Shown here in pieces: positions 11,614 to 27,415 of a stretch of DNA of 64,000 bases. Source of the DNA: the human T2T-CHM13v2.0 reference genome, Homo sapiens. The stretch lies in NCBI RefSeq assembly GCF_009914755.1, contig NC_060925.1; one strand, given 5' to 3'. A program made the translations under genes and the position numbers. The notes under the pieces were generated by a model. That model did no database searches. It saw only the letters and a program-made list of their open reading frames with translations, and was not told where the DNA came from. The first letter of the stretch is position 1. The number at the start of each line of letters is the position of its first letter.

Positions 11614-13742
11614 TTTCCTGTCTGATTTCTAAGAATTATCCACCCAGAAAGTGATGAGCTACATTCATAACTCTTACAGTTGATGTTTTTGTTGTTTGTT
11701 TGTGTGTTTATTTTTGTAACTGGTTTAGAAAAAATTGACAAAATATTGGAAGACTGCAGTTTGTAATTTGGCCCATGGCTTGAGTGTGGTGGTGAATAAT
11801 GGCAATTATGCATACACATCCTCATGTATAGCCAGAAGATTTTGCTAGCCTAAGGCAAAATACCATGCCCCATACACACACACATAGCCAGCTGAATAGC
11901 AGATGTCTGGTACAGCCACAGGAAATCATGTAATCAATGCTCCAAGTCTAAATGAGAAGTCATAATGGGCACCGGTGTCAGCAAAGGAAGAAATGAGATG
12001 GGGGAGGCTGAATAGGTTTGGGTTGTCTCTGCCTGTTTTAAGACAACACTTGCCATATTCAAGAATACATCAGTGGTGAAATGAAACAGAACATCGTCCA
12101 CATGCCCCAGATTGTGACATCACCGTCTGAGTTTACACCAGGTCCCACCACTCCATATAGTCTTCCCTTTCATCCTATCATTGTGGTATTCATAGATTAG
12201 CTCATTTATTTTTCCTCTGGCATCTCCCCCCACCCCACCACCACATCTCAGTTAACATATGCTGGCTTCATCCCAGTGAAATTCAATGACAGCCAAACAC
12301 CCCTACAGACAAGTTCAGAATATTCTTTCTACAAGTGATTTTTAGGCTTTCACTGAGGCAAGCAGAACATTTTCATTACCTCTTGATCTCCTTTTTTTCT
12401 ATACTTCAGCCATCCCACATCCCAATTATCTGAGATTGCTATTCATCTTTGAACAGAAATCAAGGATATGGCTTTGAAGTTTAGCAGTTTAAGAAGGTTA
12501 TCTGTCTTATAACCTTATAATTCCAGAGCTTGTCTTATTCAGCTACAGCAATGTTATTTCAATTTCACTGAAATTCTTTGAAAGGTCAGTGCCAACGCTC
12601 ATGTTTGTGTTTAAGGTGTGGGTTTGAAGAATAACAGCCATTTAAATAACTGCCATATGAGTGTAATTATGACTTTTATGCGGTCATGATACCTGAGGCT
12701 GGAATTATCAACAAGGGATTTGGTAACATTTTTAGCTTAAGTGCCATGGTCCCTGTGAATATTTGCAAGATAGATGTGACAGTGAAATCAAAGGTGGGAA
12801 GCAATGAAGGATGGTCTCCCAGAGGAGCATCCTTCAACTGGTGGATTTTGAGGATCAGTTAATCTTTGTGCGGGTCAGATGAGAAGGAGGGCCCATGTAG
12901 GCGGCATACAAAAGTCACAAGTGTGTACGGATTTGCAGGATGTAACCAGTATGCTCAGGCACCACCCCATCCTATCCCAATGTAAGAAATGTGGAGCCAT
13001 TTCTTACTTTCCATGTGGTTTTTCATCGAGTCAAGACTAGTAAGCCAGCCGATAGGCACATTGAAACTTAAAAATCTCACCACATTTAGCAAAGGATCAT
13101 CTGCACAGAGACCTGGAAAGATCAAAAAAGGACTTTGAGGATTCTCTGATCCAACTTATTCATATTATCAATGAGTCCAGAGATGCTCAGAGAAAGGGCA
13201 AGAGAGCCCTGTGCTCTGCAGCCTCAGACCTCTCCAGAAATACTACTAGGAAAGAAGTGGGTCAGCGCTATCTGTCCTTATAGGAAGGAACCTGGAGGCG
13301 GTGCCTGGGCAGGTTGGAGCAACAGAGGTAGGAGTGCTACTAGCCCATGCTGGGACATTGTGATAGATGATAAGAACATATGCTTGCCATTAGATAGTTT
13401 GGGCAGGAAACTCATCTCTTCCTTTATTTGGCAACATGGTCATAGGTAAGTCAACTGAAAGCTCTTAGTCTCAGCTCTTACTTGAAAAAAATGGAGACTT
13501 TAATTCCCACTTCCAAAGGTCACTGTGGGATTGAGTGTCCCTCCTGTGGGCTCCCACAGCTTCTGTGTAGATCGTGTTTGAAATGAACAAAATTAAACAC
13601 GATGGTGTGTAAAAAGTTCTAAACTGTTCTTGGTCCAGGGATTTCCTAACCATCTTTGATTGACTCCTAACGTGGATACCAAAACTCATTCAAACCATGC
13701 CTACTGCTCTCTCTAAATCATAAAGTGATGATGATGATGTCA

Positions 13743-14297
<555 letters not shown>

Positions 14298-14924
14298 TCA
14301 TAAAATAATAATGATGATGATGATAACATAGTAGAACCCCAGGTAACTGAGTCTTCCTCCTTATGAAGATTCAGTTCAGATTAACCAGGTAGCTGATTTG
14401 GAGCCCACAGCAAGAAGGACAGCATTGTGCCCTGTCATTGTTTTAGGCTGTTGCAGGAGGAAGGAGCCTTTCTTGGCAGAGATGAACTTTGAGACAAGTC
14501 CTGACAGGAGGGGCAGAGAACTGATGTGGAACTTATCATTGTCATGACCTTCCAGGATATGAGCTGAAAGCCAGATGGAAATGTGAGGTGATCCATTTGT
14601 CTAGAAAGCAATGTCCTGTCAAGCTCTTGATGCTTTTTATTTTTCTAAAGCTTAAAAGCAAAAAGGAGAAAACATGCTAGTGCCATACAGAAGCTAAAGC
14701 AGATGTGTTTCTTTTCTTTCTTTTCTTTTCTGCTGGCACCCCTTTTGCCTTTATTGTATACAAATCCTAGCTAAATTGGAACGACCACCCTGCCCTTCAT
14801 AGAAACAGACATTATACGGGCTTCCCAAATAACTAACCCACTTTCCTGCCACATGCGGCACAGGGGTACATACAAGTGTTGTACGCACAGGAGGCTCCAG
14901 GGATATAGAAAGGAATGAGACCAC

Positions 14925-15488
<564 letters not shown>

Positions 15489-16658
15489 TCAATGATTACC
15501 CGAGTGGTGATTATTATTGCTGTTCATCATCCAGTCTTCCTTGATGGCCTTTCTGCACATGCCATATTTCTTTGGGTAATAATCCATTTCTAATTGAGCC
15601 ACAGGGTAAAGGCTTTTTGGCACTGGCATTCTCTCCCATATTATTTTGTGATATCACATTCCACATAAGCTTTGCTTGGCTAATGAAACAGGAGCCAGTG
15701 GGAACAGGAATCGTGGGAAATTGCTATGCTGGATTTTTAAACCAAAATCAAATCACATGCTTTTGGATAGCCAGTGTCTGTGCTAAGTGCTCCATAAGTC
15801 AGCCTCCAGTTCACCAGAATGCAGCTGTGTCTACTTCAAGCATGAACCAGAACAGATGGGGCCACATGCCTACCCCATCTTGGGCCAGGCCTCCCTTCCA
15901 CCCGCTTCCCAGCCTGCTCTAGATCTGGTCCTGAAAGAGAAGGGGGCTCCACAAGGAGGGTCCCTAGGAAACTTCCTCTGATGCGTTTTCCAGCCTGGGT
16001 CATCCCATTCAAAGAGAGGTTCCAGCTGTGAGTGGGTTCACTGTGTCTTTCAGCTGGTGAACTTGTTCTCGGAAAGCTCTTAATTATTTAAAGTGCGTAT
16101 TGGTTTTTGTGGCCACACCTCATACTGTCTAGCTGAGTTCGTTAAAAAAGACAAAAAATCCAATTGGCCAGAGGAATCTCCCTTTTCTGATATTTGGGCA
16201 AGTTCTATTCATATGCTTCCTGGATCATTTAAAATACAACTATACTAATTACATACACCTCCTAGGCTGGATTCTTTGTTGAGCAGAGAGAAAACAAAGA
16301 TGATTTATGTACTTAATGTAACATTCAGGAGTGCATCAGAAGCATTTCACGCTTTTCTTACCTAAGTGCCTTATTTTATGACACTTACATTTAATGAGTT
16401 ACTCTCAATCATATATACTTTATTAATTTATGACAAAATAAATTAAAAGCACTGGATATTAAAGCTCCCTTGTTGCAGGAACACATCATTAGAAACACTA
16501 GATAGCATTATTTTGCTACATGTTTCTCAGGGAAAAACAGAAGAGAACTTTGTCAAAGAAAGACTTTAAGTGTTTCACCAACAAAATGGAGACAGGCTTA
16601 TCAGTATTTTACTATGAATTAGTGGGGGAGTAGGGGGAATGGGTCTTCCAAATGCTTA

Positions 16659-16964
<306 letters not shown>

Positions 16965-16973
<9 letters not shown>

Positions 16974-17024
16974 GTGTTACTGGGGGTATGCTCACCTGCG
17001 TATCCCCAATAACACTTTATTATT
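16965..17024. repeat. Inverted repeat with 27-bp arms and 6-nt loop
   Basis: aataataaagtgttactgggggtatgc-tcacct-gcgtatccccaataacactttattatt; 24 of 27 positions complementary. Confidence 0.9.
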
Positions 17025-17339
17025 AGATAACCGACTGTTATTAAAGTTGGACAAAAGTTGGTGTATTTATGCCCAGCTTAGAAAGTGCCTTTGTCTCTTG
17101 GTAAAGATGTTTTCTCGCATGTAGCAAGTGGAGGGAATTCACAAAGTAGATTGAGGGACACATGTAAACGTGCATTTTGCAGAATCCTTTTAGAGGATGT
17201 AGGAGGTGTAATAGATCTTCTCTAAAGAGGAAGGTTGGCACCTTCTAGGTTTCCTGGCCAAGCCCCCAGCTCTCAGGAGTCCTAAGCAAGCCACTGGTGT
17301 CCCGTTTGACTTTGCAAAACCACATCATTCTGAGACAGA

Positions 17340-17700
17340 GATGGGTGACTCTGAAGCCAAGATCCCTGCTCCTGCTACAGTGCAGGGTTGCTGCAGGGAG
17401 GGCTGTGCAGCCAGAGACTACTACATCTCCCAGCCTCCCCTGGCATCTAACTTGGGCTAAGTGACTTCCCTCCAAATGGCTAGCAGTCAACCAAGACAGA
17501 TAATAAGCAGATGGGCATTTTCCTCCACTTCCCTGTTCCACTGGCCACATCACAGAATCCCCAGGCTTCAAGGGATTGCATAGCTGCAAGGTGGGAGAAG
17601 GCTCACCAACGGGTGAAATGACACCTGTCAACCAGTAACATGAATCAAAACTAAACTTCTGTGTGCCAAGCCTCTGAACAGAAGAGTTTGGCATAACAGC
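17340..17700. mobile_element. Possible LTR16-type (ERVL) remnant
   Basis: ctacatctcccagcctcccctggcatctaacttgggctaagtgact resembles the LTR16 family; weak. Confidence 0.3.
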
Positions 17701-18452
17701 TAGCATGACATTGATTAGTATGATCTCCATCTCTCCCCACAAGCTCAGAGTTGGAGTCAGTCTGAGAGCCTACATCCTCTACCATGCATACTTAGATATC
17801 CTTATTGGCCAAAAGCTTCCATGTGGCTTTATTTTTATTCTGAATATAATAAAAATTTTTAAAGAGTATCTGGACAGAAAATGTCAATCTTTGAACACCA
17901 CAAGGACAGGGATCATGTCCGTCTTGCTCACCTGCATGTCCCCAGCACCTTGCACAGTGCCCGGTGGGGTGCTGGTAGAAAGGGGTTGGGGGAAGGAAGA
18001 AACTATCCATGGGCAGTGGTGGTGATATCAATATCATGTTCACAATCAGAGTAGACTTGCTAAGATCAGCTCTCGGCAGGCAGTCTCCAAGGAGCAATGC
18101 AGGAATCATTTCCCTCTGTCCTTATAAGAAGCTGTTCCTCTATCATCCAGAATGATAAACTAATCCTATTCAGAAAGAGCCCTTGAATGACAAAGTAAGT
18201 TTTAGAAAAAGAAGTGCTTGATTATCACTTTTTTTTTTTTTTGGAAATTAGTCAGGTCTGAAATTAGTAGACTAGCAGAGGGGAAGTTCCATTATGCCAT
18301 CTGATTGAACTGAGAGTAAAAACCCATCTTCAGGAAGTTTCAATTCCACATTTATACTGGCTAGAATTTCACAAGTTCCTAAAGCTCACTGAGTCCTGGA
18401 AGAGAAGAATTTAGAGGATTTGTGCATTTAGGGTCTTTAAAGTCCTGCTAAC

Positions 18453-19120
18453 TTTTTTATCAATATAAAATATATATTATGTGTAAATGTGTTTTTTACA
18501 TGCATAGACTATGTAATGATCAAGTCACTATTGGGGGTTTCCATCACTTTGAGTATTTGTCATTTTTATGCATTGATATCATTTCATGTCCTCTCTTCTC
18601 ATTAGTTTGAAATACACAAAATATTGTTTGCTAAGCATCGTCACCCTAGTCTTTTTCCTTAGTACTCTTTTCTTCTATCTAACTGTATGTTTGTCCCCAT
18701 TAACCAACTTCACTTCACTCCTACCCTCTACCACCACCTACCTTTCCCAGTCTCTGGTACTATTATTCTGTTCTCTGTGTCCTTGAGATCAAGTGTTTTT
18801 AGCTCCTGCATGAGTGAGAACATGCAGTATTTCTCTTTCTGTGCCTGGATTATTTCAATTAACAGAATGACCTCCAGTTCCATCCATGTTGCTGCAAATG
18901 ACATGATTTCATTCCTTTTTACAGCGGAATGGTATTCCATTGTGTATATATGCCACATTTTCTTTATCCATTTGTCCATTGATGGACACATAAGTTGATT
19001 CCATATCTTGGCTGTTGTGAATAGTGCTGTGATAAACATGTGAGTGCAGGTATCCCTTTGAGATACTGATTTATTTTCCTTTGGATAAATACCCAGCAAT
19101 GGGATTGCTTCCTGCTATGG
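18453..19120 (-). mobile_element. L1MA-type LINE-1 3' end (ORF2 C-terminus plus 3'UTR)
   Basis: Minus ORF 18728-19099 encodes LGIYPKE...DTCTHMFITALFTTAKIWNQ..CPS.DKWIKKMWHIYTMEY, the L1 ORF2 C-terminus. Confidence 0.9.
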
Positions 19121-19136
19121 GATTTGAGAACCTACA

Positions 19137-19700
19137 TCTGTTTCAGTTACTATTACTCTTTAACAAACTAATCTGAACCTTAATGGCATTAACAACTCCT
19201 TTGTTGGCATCAAGGGATGGCTTTTCCCCTGCTCCATGATGCTTAGAGCGTGTGCTGGAGGGGGCAACTCAACAGCTGGGGGCTAGGCACATCTGTTGTC
19301 TTCCTCCAATGTCTGGAAGTTGATGCTGGTTGTCATGGGCCACCTAAGCTGGAGCTGTCAACCTGAGGGTCTACACTTGGCCTCTTCTGATGGCCTGGGC
19401 TTCCTCACAGGAGGGTGGTCCGTGGTAATCACACTGCGTTCATGGTTGCAGCTCAGAGCCCCAGAGGGATCAGTGGACACACAGCAGAAACTCCATTCCT
19501 TTTAGGACCTAGCCTCAAAGTCACATAGTGTCACTTCCACCATAGTTTATGTCAAGGCAGTTACGAGCCTGCCCGGTTTCAAGGGGGAGGGGGACATCAA
19601 CTTTGCCTCTTGACTGGAGGGTGGCAAGATCATCTCGGGGAAGAGTACATGGAATGGGAGGTATTGCTGCTACCACCTTTGGAAAATATTATCTTCCACA
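19137..19700 (-). mobile_element. MLT1F/G-type MaLR LTR
   Basis: tcagttactatt...aacaaactaatctgaaccttaatggc at one end, cacctttggaaaatattatcttccaca at the other. Confidence 0.7.
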
Positions 19701-20902
19701 GCATCTGAAGCAAAGGTGGTGTTTAGAGAGAGTAGTACACTGGCCTCTGTTAGGAAGATGTGTTACTGGGCTAGGAAAGGCTGCCAGTGGCAGAGGCTTG
19801 GGGTTTGGGAGGCAGGAGGAGTGGCTCAGATGGAGAATTCTACCAGGGCAGCAGCAGTTCACTTTCTCTAACCTGACCCCAGAGAGCAATCAGGACCCTG
19901 ATTTACCCCCAAGCTTTTGGGTGCAGCTGGTCTAGCTTCAAGCCCTTCTAGACACCCTGGGACCTACCCAGGTTCCCCCAGACTTCAGCTGCAGCGTCTG
20001 CTGTCTCCTTTCTCTGAGAAGCAGGGCCTGTATCAGTAAAGCAGAAAATAATATCAACCTGGATAGAGAGGACTAATAAAAGTGATAATAAATTATTCAG
20101 AGAGTGGAAAACTACTCTGGAGCTGCCAAATGATAAGAGCAAACACACGATGTGTTTTCTGTCCATGAATCTTCTGGATTCCTTTTTCCATACTGATGTT
20201 TTCCCCTTCTGAATAGGTGAAGTATTTTTATGCAAATAGTGCCCAAGAAGTACAGTAATGCAGGCCACTGACAACACAGTCATGTATAACCCAAGTCACA
20301 TCCTTTTATGCACTGAACTGCCAGGGGACCTAGCATTAATAAAAACCACACGTAAAACAGAAACAGCCATATGCTGAGTTAAGGCATGAATAAGAAATCA
20401 CTCCCAGAAGTGGTGAGAACAGCAGAGCAGAGTGCTATTGTGGCTCTGTAGGTTGAGTGCTCTGAGAATTGGGAGGCCCTGTCGGCTGCTGTATGTGTTC
20501 AAGTCAGATGGTGTCGGTCGGGGGTAAGGCCAGACCATGGTGCTGTCCTAGGAGCCAGGCACAGCACAGAGGAGGTGGCAGACACGGCAGGGTGTGATGG
20601 TCTCAAAATAGCAGAAACCACAGCCAAGTTCAAGACCCAGTTACCAGTTCATGGGGCTGGAAACCTGGAAACCAAGGTGTGAAACCAAACAGGTGGGAGC
20701 TTGAGCACCCGCAATGGTGTCTTAAATAGTTCCAAGCCCAAGTTGTATGGGAAGGTTGGGTGCTAGGTGCTTGAAACAAAAAAAGAAGAGAAACTCTGTG
20801 TGGCAGGGAGTAGTGGAATTATGTGAATGCATGGGTGCATGTATGCATGTGTCTATGTGTGCATATGTGTATAATAGAGCAATGGTTTTAAACTTTGTCA
20901 TT

Positions 20903-22625
20903 TGATTGTTGGGTTGGTCAGTTGATTGGCTGGTCCATTGTTTGATAGTTTGGTTGGCTGTTCCATTGTTCGGTAGGTTGGTTGGCTGGTCCATTTTTAG
21001 GTGGGTTGGTTGGCTGGTCCATTGTTTGGTGGGTTGGTTGGTTGGTCCATTGTTTGGTGGGTTGGTTGGTTGGTTGGTCCATTGCTTGGTGGATTGCTTG
21101 GCTGGTCCATTGTTCAGTAGGTTGATTGGATGGTCCATTGTTCAGTGGGTTGGTTGCCTGGTTCGTTGTTCAGTGGGTTGATTGGCTGGTCCATTGTTTG
21201 GTGGGTTGAATGGCTGGTCTATTGTTCAGTAGGTTGGTTGGCTGGTCCATTGTTTGGGGGGCTGGTTGGCTGGTCAGTTGTTCTGTGGGTCGGTTGGCTG
21301 GTCCATTGTTCAGTGGGTTGGTTGGCTGGTCCATTGTTTGGTGGGTCGGTTGGCTGGTCCATTGTTTGGTGGGTTGGTTGGCTGGTTCATTGTTCAGTGG
21401 GTTGGTTGGCTGGTCCATTGTTTGATGGGTCAGTTGGCTGGTGCATTGTTTGATGGGTCAGTTGGCTGGTGCATTGTTTGATGGGTCAGTTGGCTGGTGC
21501 ATTGTTTGATGGGTCAGTTGGCTGGTCCGTTGTTTGGTGGGTAGGTTGGTTGGTCCATTGCTTGGTGGGTTGGTTGGTTGGTCCATTGCTTGGTGGATTG
21601 CTTGGCTGGTCCATTGTTCAGTAGGTTGGTTGACTGGTTCGTTGTTCGGTGGGTTGATTGGCTGGTCCATTGTTTGGTAGGTTGAATGGCTGGTCTATTG
21701 TTCAGTAGGTTGGTTGGCTGGTCCATTGTTTGGGGGGCTGGTTGGCTGGTCAGTTGTTCTGTGGGTCGGTTGGCTGGTCCATTGTTCAGTGGGTTGGTTG
21801 GCTGGTCCATTGTTTGATGGGTCAGTTGGCTGGTGCATTGTTTGGTGGGTTGGTTGGTTGGTCCATTGTTTGGTGGGTCGGTTGTTTGGTCCATTGTTTG
21901 ATGGGTCAGTTGGCTGGTCCGTTGTTTGGTGGGTTGGTTGGTTGGTCCATTGTTTGGTGGGTTGGTTGGTTGGTCCATTGCTTGGTGGGTTGGTTGGTTG
22001 GTCCATTGCTTGGTGGATTGCTTGGCTGGTCCATTGTTCAGTAGGTTGGTTGACTGGTTCGTTGTTCGGTGGGTTGATTGGCTGGTCCATTGTTTGGTGG
22101 GTTGAATGGCTGGTCTGTTGTTCAGTAGGTTGGTTGGCTGGTCCATTGTTTGGGGGGCTGGTTGGCTGGTCAGTTGTTCTGTGGGTCGGTTGGCTGGTGC
22201 ATTGTTCAGTGGGTTGGTTGGCTGGTCCATTGTTTGATGGGTCAGTTGGCTGGTGCATCGTTTGGTGGGTTGGTTGGCTGGTCCATTGTTTGATGGGTCA
22301 GTTGGCTGGTGCATTGTTTGGTGGGTTGGTTGGCTCGTCCATTGTTTGATGGGTCAGTTGGCTGGTGCATTGTTTGGTGGGTTGGTTGGCTGGTCCATTG
22401 TTTGATGGGTCAGTTGGCCGGTCCATTGTTCAGTGGGTTGGTTGGCTGGTCCATTGTTTGATGGGTCAGTTGGCTGGTGCATTGTTTGGTGGGTTGGTTG
22501 GCTGGTCCATTGTTTGATGGGTCAGTTGGCTGGTGCATTGTTTGGTGGGTTGGTTGGCTCGTCCATTGTTTGATGGGTCAGTTGGCTGGTGCATTGTTTG
22601 GTGGGTTGGTTGGCTGGTTCATTTT
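20903..22625. repeat. 28-bp minisatellite/VNTR, consensus GGTCCATTGTTTGGTGGGTTGGTTGGCT, 60 complete units
   Basis: 5 units at 20932-21075 (one of 32 bp), then 55 units in exact 28-bp register at 21076-22615, with partial units at both ends. Confidence 0.97.
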
Positions 22626-23888
22626 TGGTTTCAGGGGTATTTAGCAGAGGAACACTTCCTTCTAATTGAAAAACATCACATAAAGAAATGCCATATGAAA
22701 AAGAGATTCAAGAGGAGCTGTTCTGGCTATATTCAAAAAGCACTCAGATTTTTCCCAGGCTTATTTCAGATCCTCTTGATCAGAGGCTAAGCCCCAAGAT
22801 ACAAATCTGTTCCTGCCAGAAGCACCATGTCACAGCCCAGAAATCAAACTCTGTTCCATGTTGCCACTTAGGTGACCAAGGTGTCTTCCCACACTCCCTG
22901 CCCTTCCAGAGTCATAGACCCCTACTCAGAGTGAAGGCCAGGTGAAAACCTCACCTGTGCAGCCACCAGGGAAACCTTCAGATACATGTGAGGGATCCTC
23001 CAGGTTTCTTCTGTTGGAATCCCTTGCTTGTACAGCAAATCCAGAGGGGGTAGATTTTGCAGGTGCTCTGGGTGAATCTTAGGGAATGCACCCCAGGAAG
23101 CAACCCACTGGCCAGCGAGTAAGTCAGGATTTCCTGAATCTCTGCAGGGATTCGCTAACTAATCGTAAATGGAAAACACAATATCCTCCTGGGAGTGGCA
23201 GGGCTGGAGCTAGGAGTGAGGCAATTGTATCCTACCCACTCAGTAGGACCCTCACCTTGCATGAATGGTCTCATCCTTATCACCACCTCCAGGCGTGTAT
23301 ACTGTCATATTCTTCTGCTCAAGTTCTCTCTACCCCTTTACACATATCTAGCTTCTTTCACGGGTTTTTCCTCTATCCCATACGGAAGCTTCCATCCTCC
23401 CTAGTGAGAAAGAGGAATTCTTCATGGCCTTGCCTAAAGGAGGCCGGGCTGTGTGTGAACCCTCAGGCAGGAGAGGAACCTCCCCCTTATCCCATGGGTC
23501 TGAACAGATTCCTTATGCCACCTCTTGTGGCACATTTGGTGGGCATGTCGGTGAGGGTTTCTTGCCCACCTTCATCCAAGTACCAAGTACATCTGGAGGA
23601 GAGGGGTGGTCACTGGTCTGCTGTGGGTTGGGGCAGGGGTCCTATGGGAAAGTGAGATTGACTGCCCCACCCCTGGCCAGGGCCCTGCGTTTTTATTTTG
23701 TTGCAAGTAAAATTGGGTCCCCAAAATTATGTAGTCATCCTAAGGGTAAAAGCCAATTTGAATTCAAATGGTCTCTCACCATTATCGTTCATGGGTGAAC
23801 TTGACACTTTAGCCCAAGTAGATGATTGACAGCACAGGTATCTGGGGCATAATAACTCAGACAGACCTCTGTGCGTCTAGCCCTGAGG

Positions 23889-24203
23889 CTGCATCCCCCG
23901 AAGTGTGTTCCACACAATGTTAGTAATGCACCATGTTAATTAGGCTTCTGTGGTCAAAGCAGTTTGTGGAATGTATAGTTTTTGACTGCAGAACTCCTTA
24001 CTCTTTAAAGTGCTAATATGTACCGGAACCCTCCGAGGGAGTATACAGTATGCCGTGTCTCCCAGCATATTTTACCAAACTAGGAAAAAAGCTAGAAATA
24101 TATATGGGAGAAGAAGGAAATTATAGGCCCTGTAGTAGACCTTCTTTTCCACTGAATATAACACCTGTGCCAGCATTCTAAGAAGCACATTTTTGAAGAT
24201 ACT
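23889..24203. mobile_element. hAT-Charlie-type MER fossil
   Basis: cccgaagtgtgttccacacaa...ctgtggtcaaagcagtttg...gcagaactcc...agaagcacatttttgaagatact. Confidence 0.5.
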
Positions 24204-24357
24204 ATTTATTCAAAATAAAATAAGAGATAGATGGAACTGTGAGCTAAAAAGAGATACAATATGTGGACACTGGTGACTATGATAGTTAGAAAACAGTAAT
24301 TTGTTTAGGACAAAGCAAAGGCAAAGAGGAGGCTAAATGGAGTGGGGCAATGGCCCC

Positions 24358-25076
<719 letters not shown>

Positions 25077-26135
25077 ATCCCCTAGCAAATGAAGGCTTGA
25101 GGTGCCTCCTGCTTGGAACAGATGACAATGCCAACAAAGTCTGAAAGGAACAACTAAGAGTAGTGGAGTATTTCGACATCTTGACCAATGCTGGATGCCT
25201 CATTAAACTAGACTTTGGTCCTCTAATAAATTTCTGACCTCCTTTAGGATGATTTCATTGCTCAAGAGGTAAAGGAAATAGCAAGGACTGGTTTGACCAA
25301 CAAGGAAAGACTGCTTAGTGAGTGAAGGTTACAGGGACAAAAGGGAAAGTAACCATGGCATCCTAAAGTTTATGAAAGGAAAGTGCATGGTGAGTGGATG
25401 TATGATTTTCAATTAGGAGATCATTTGAGTTTGACCCTTTCGCCCGATAGGGTAATGATGGGAACAACAGCCAGGTAGAAACTATATATATAGAAGAAAA
25501 GAGCCCATTTACAAACTAAACCAAAAAAAAAAAAAAAACACACACACACACTTTTAAATCCCTGGTAGTAAATGTAATAAAAATTTATAGAACTGCATAA
25601 AGAAAGCTTTAAAACTCTCTCAAGAATCAACAACATAAAAATGTCCATCCTTCCTATGTTAATTTATAAACTGAGTGTTATCCCAATTAAAATGTCCAAA
25701 TGTTTGTTTTAGGAAATGGACAAGAATACTCTGGAAAAGAAGAGCAATAGGGAGAACTAGCTGTTCTACAGGTTAAAATATACTCTGAAGCCTCAGTAAT
25801 TAAAGCAATGTGGTACTGGTACATGTTCAGACAAATGTCCTGAAATAGACCTAAATACAGAAAGAACTTTAGTACATAATAATCTTGTATAAGTGAAGGA
25901 AAGATACATTACTTAGTAAGTAATACTGGGGCAACTAAGAAACCACCTAGAAAAAAATTAATTTGATCATACCTCCTACTGTAAGCCTAGATAAATTCCA
26001 AATGGAATTTAGGTGTAAAACCTGAAATCTTACCAATACTAGATAAAGACATGGAGCAATTATTTTATGACTTGTCTCACTGTGGTACAAAGTTTAGAAG
26101 TTATCAAAGAAAAGATTGATTGTAAATTAAACTAC

Positions 26136-26427
<292 letters not shown>

Positions 26428-27009
26428 TAAACTATATTTTTTAAAAATGCTTAAAGACTACTGCTTGGCAAAAAATAAAAATAAAAAATAATAACGAAAT
26501 CACCATCAGCAAAGTGAGAATCCAAATTAGCAAACTAGAAAAAATATGTGTAACGCATATGATAAACAAAGGGCTAATCTCTGTTAACAATCAACAACTC
26601 AATAGAGAAATGAATAAAGGATATAAACAGATACTGCATAGGAAAGGACATTGAAATGACTCAAATACATATGAAAAGATGCTTACTTTCACTCTTACGA
26701 GAGAAATGTGAATTAAAACATATTTTTATCTGTCAAATTAACAAATAAATTTTAAAAAGGAGATTTGATAATATGCCATGTTAGCAAAGCTGAAAGAAAA
26801 CAAGTACTTAATACATTGCCAAGGCAGTACTCACGACACTGATAAACCTTATGTGGAGTAATTTTTATAACAGTACCCATCAAAATCACAAAGGCATATC
26901 TGCTTTGACCTGGTAGCTTTACTCCTAGGAATTTACATTAGAGGATGTACAAGCAAGCATGGACGATAAAGTTTGAACATGATATCATTACAGCATTGTT
27001 TGTAATTAG

Positions 27010-27415
<406 letters not shown>

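Noticed and set aside
20932-22615. CRISPR-like regular array
   Set aside because: Units are contiguous with no unique spacers, no cas genes, and the DNA is primate; it is a minisatellite.
20722-22790. Long ORFs on both strands (up to 266 aa; W/V/G/L-rich or Q/P/T/N-rich)
   Set aside because: Products of the 28-bp repeat, which has few stop codons; no splice or promoter context or protein-family similarity.
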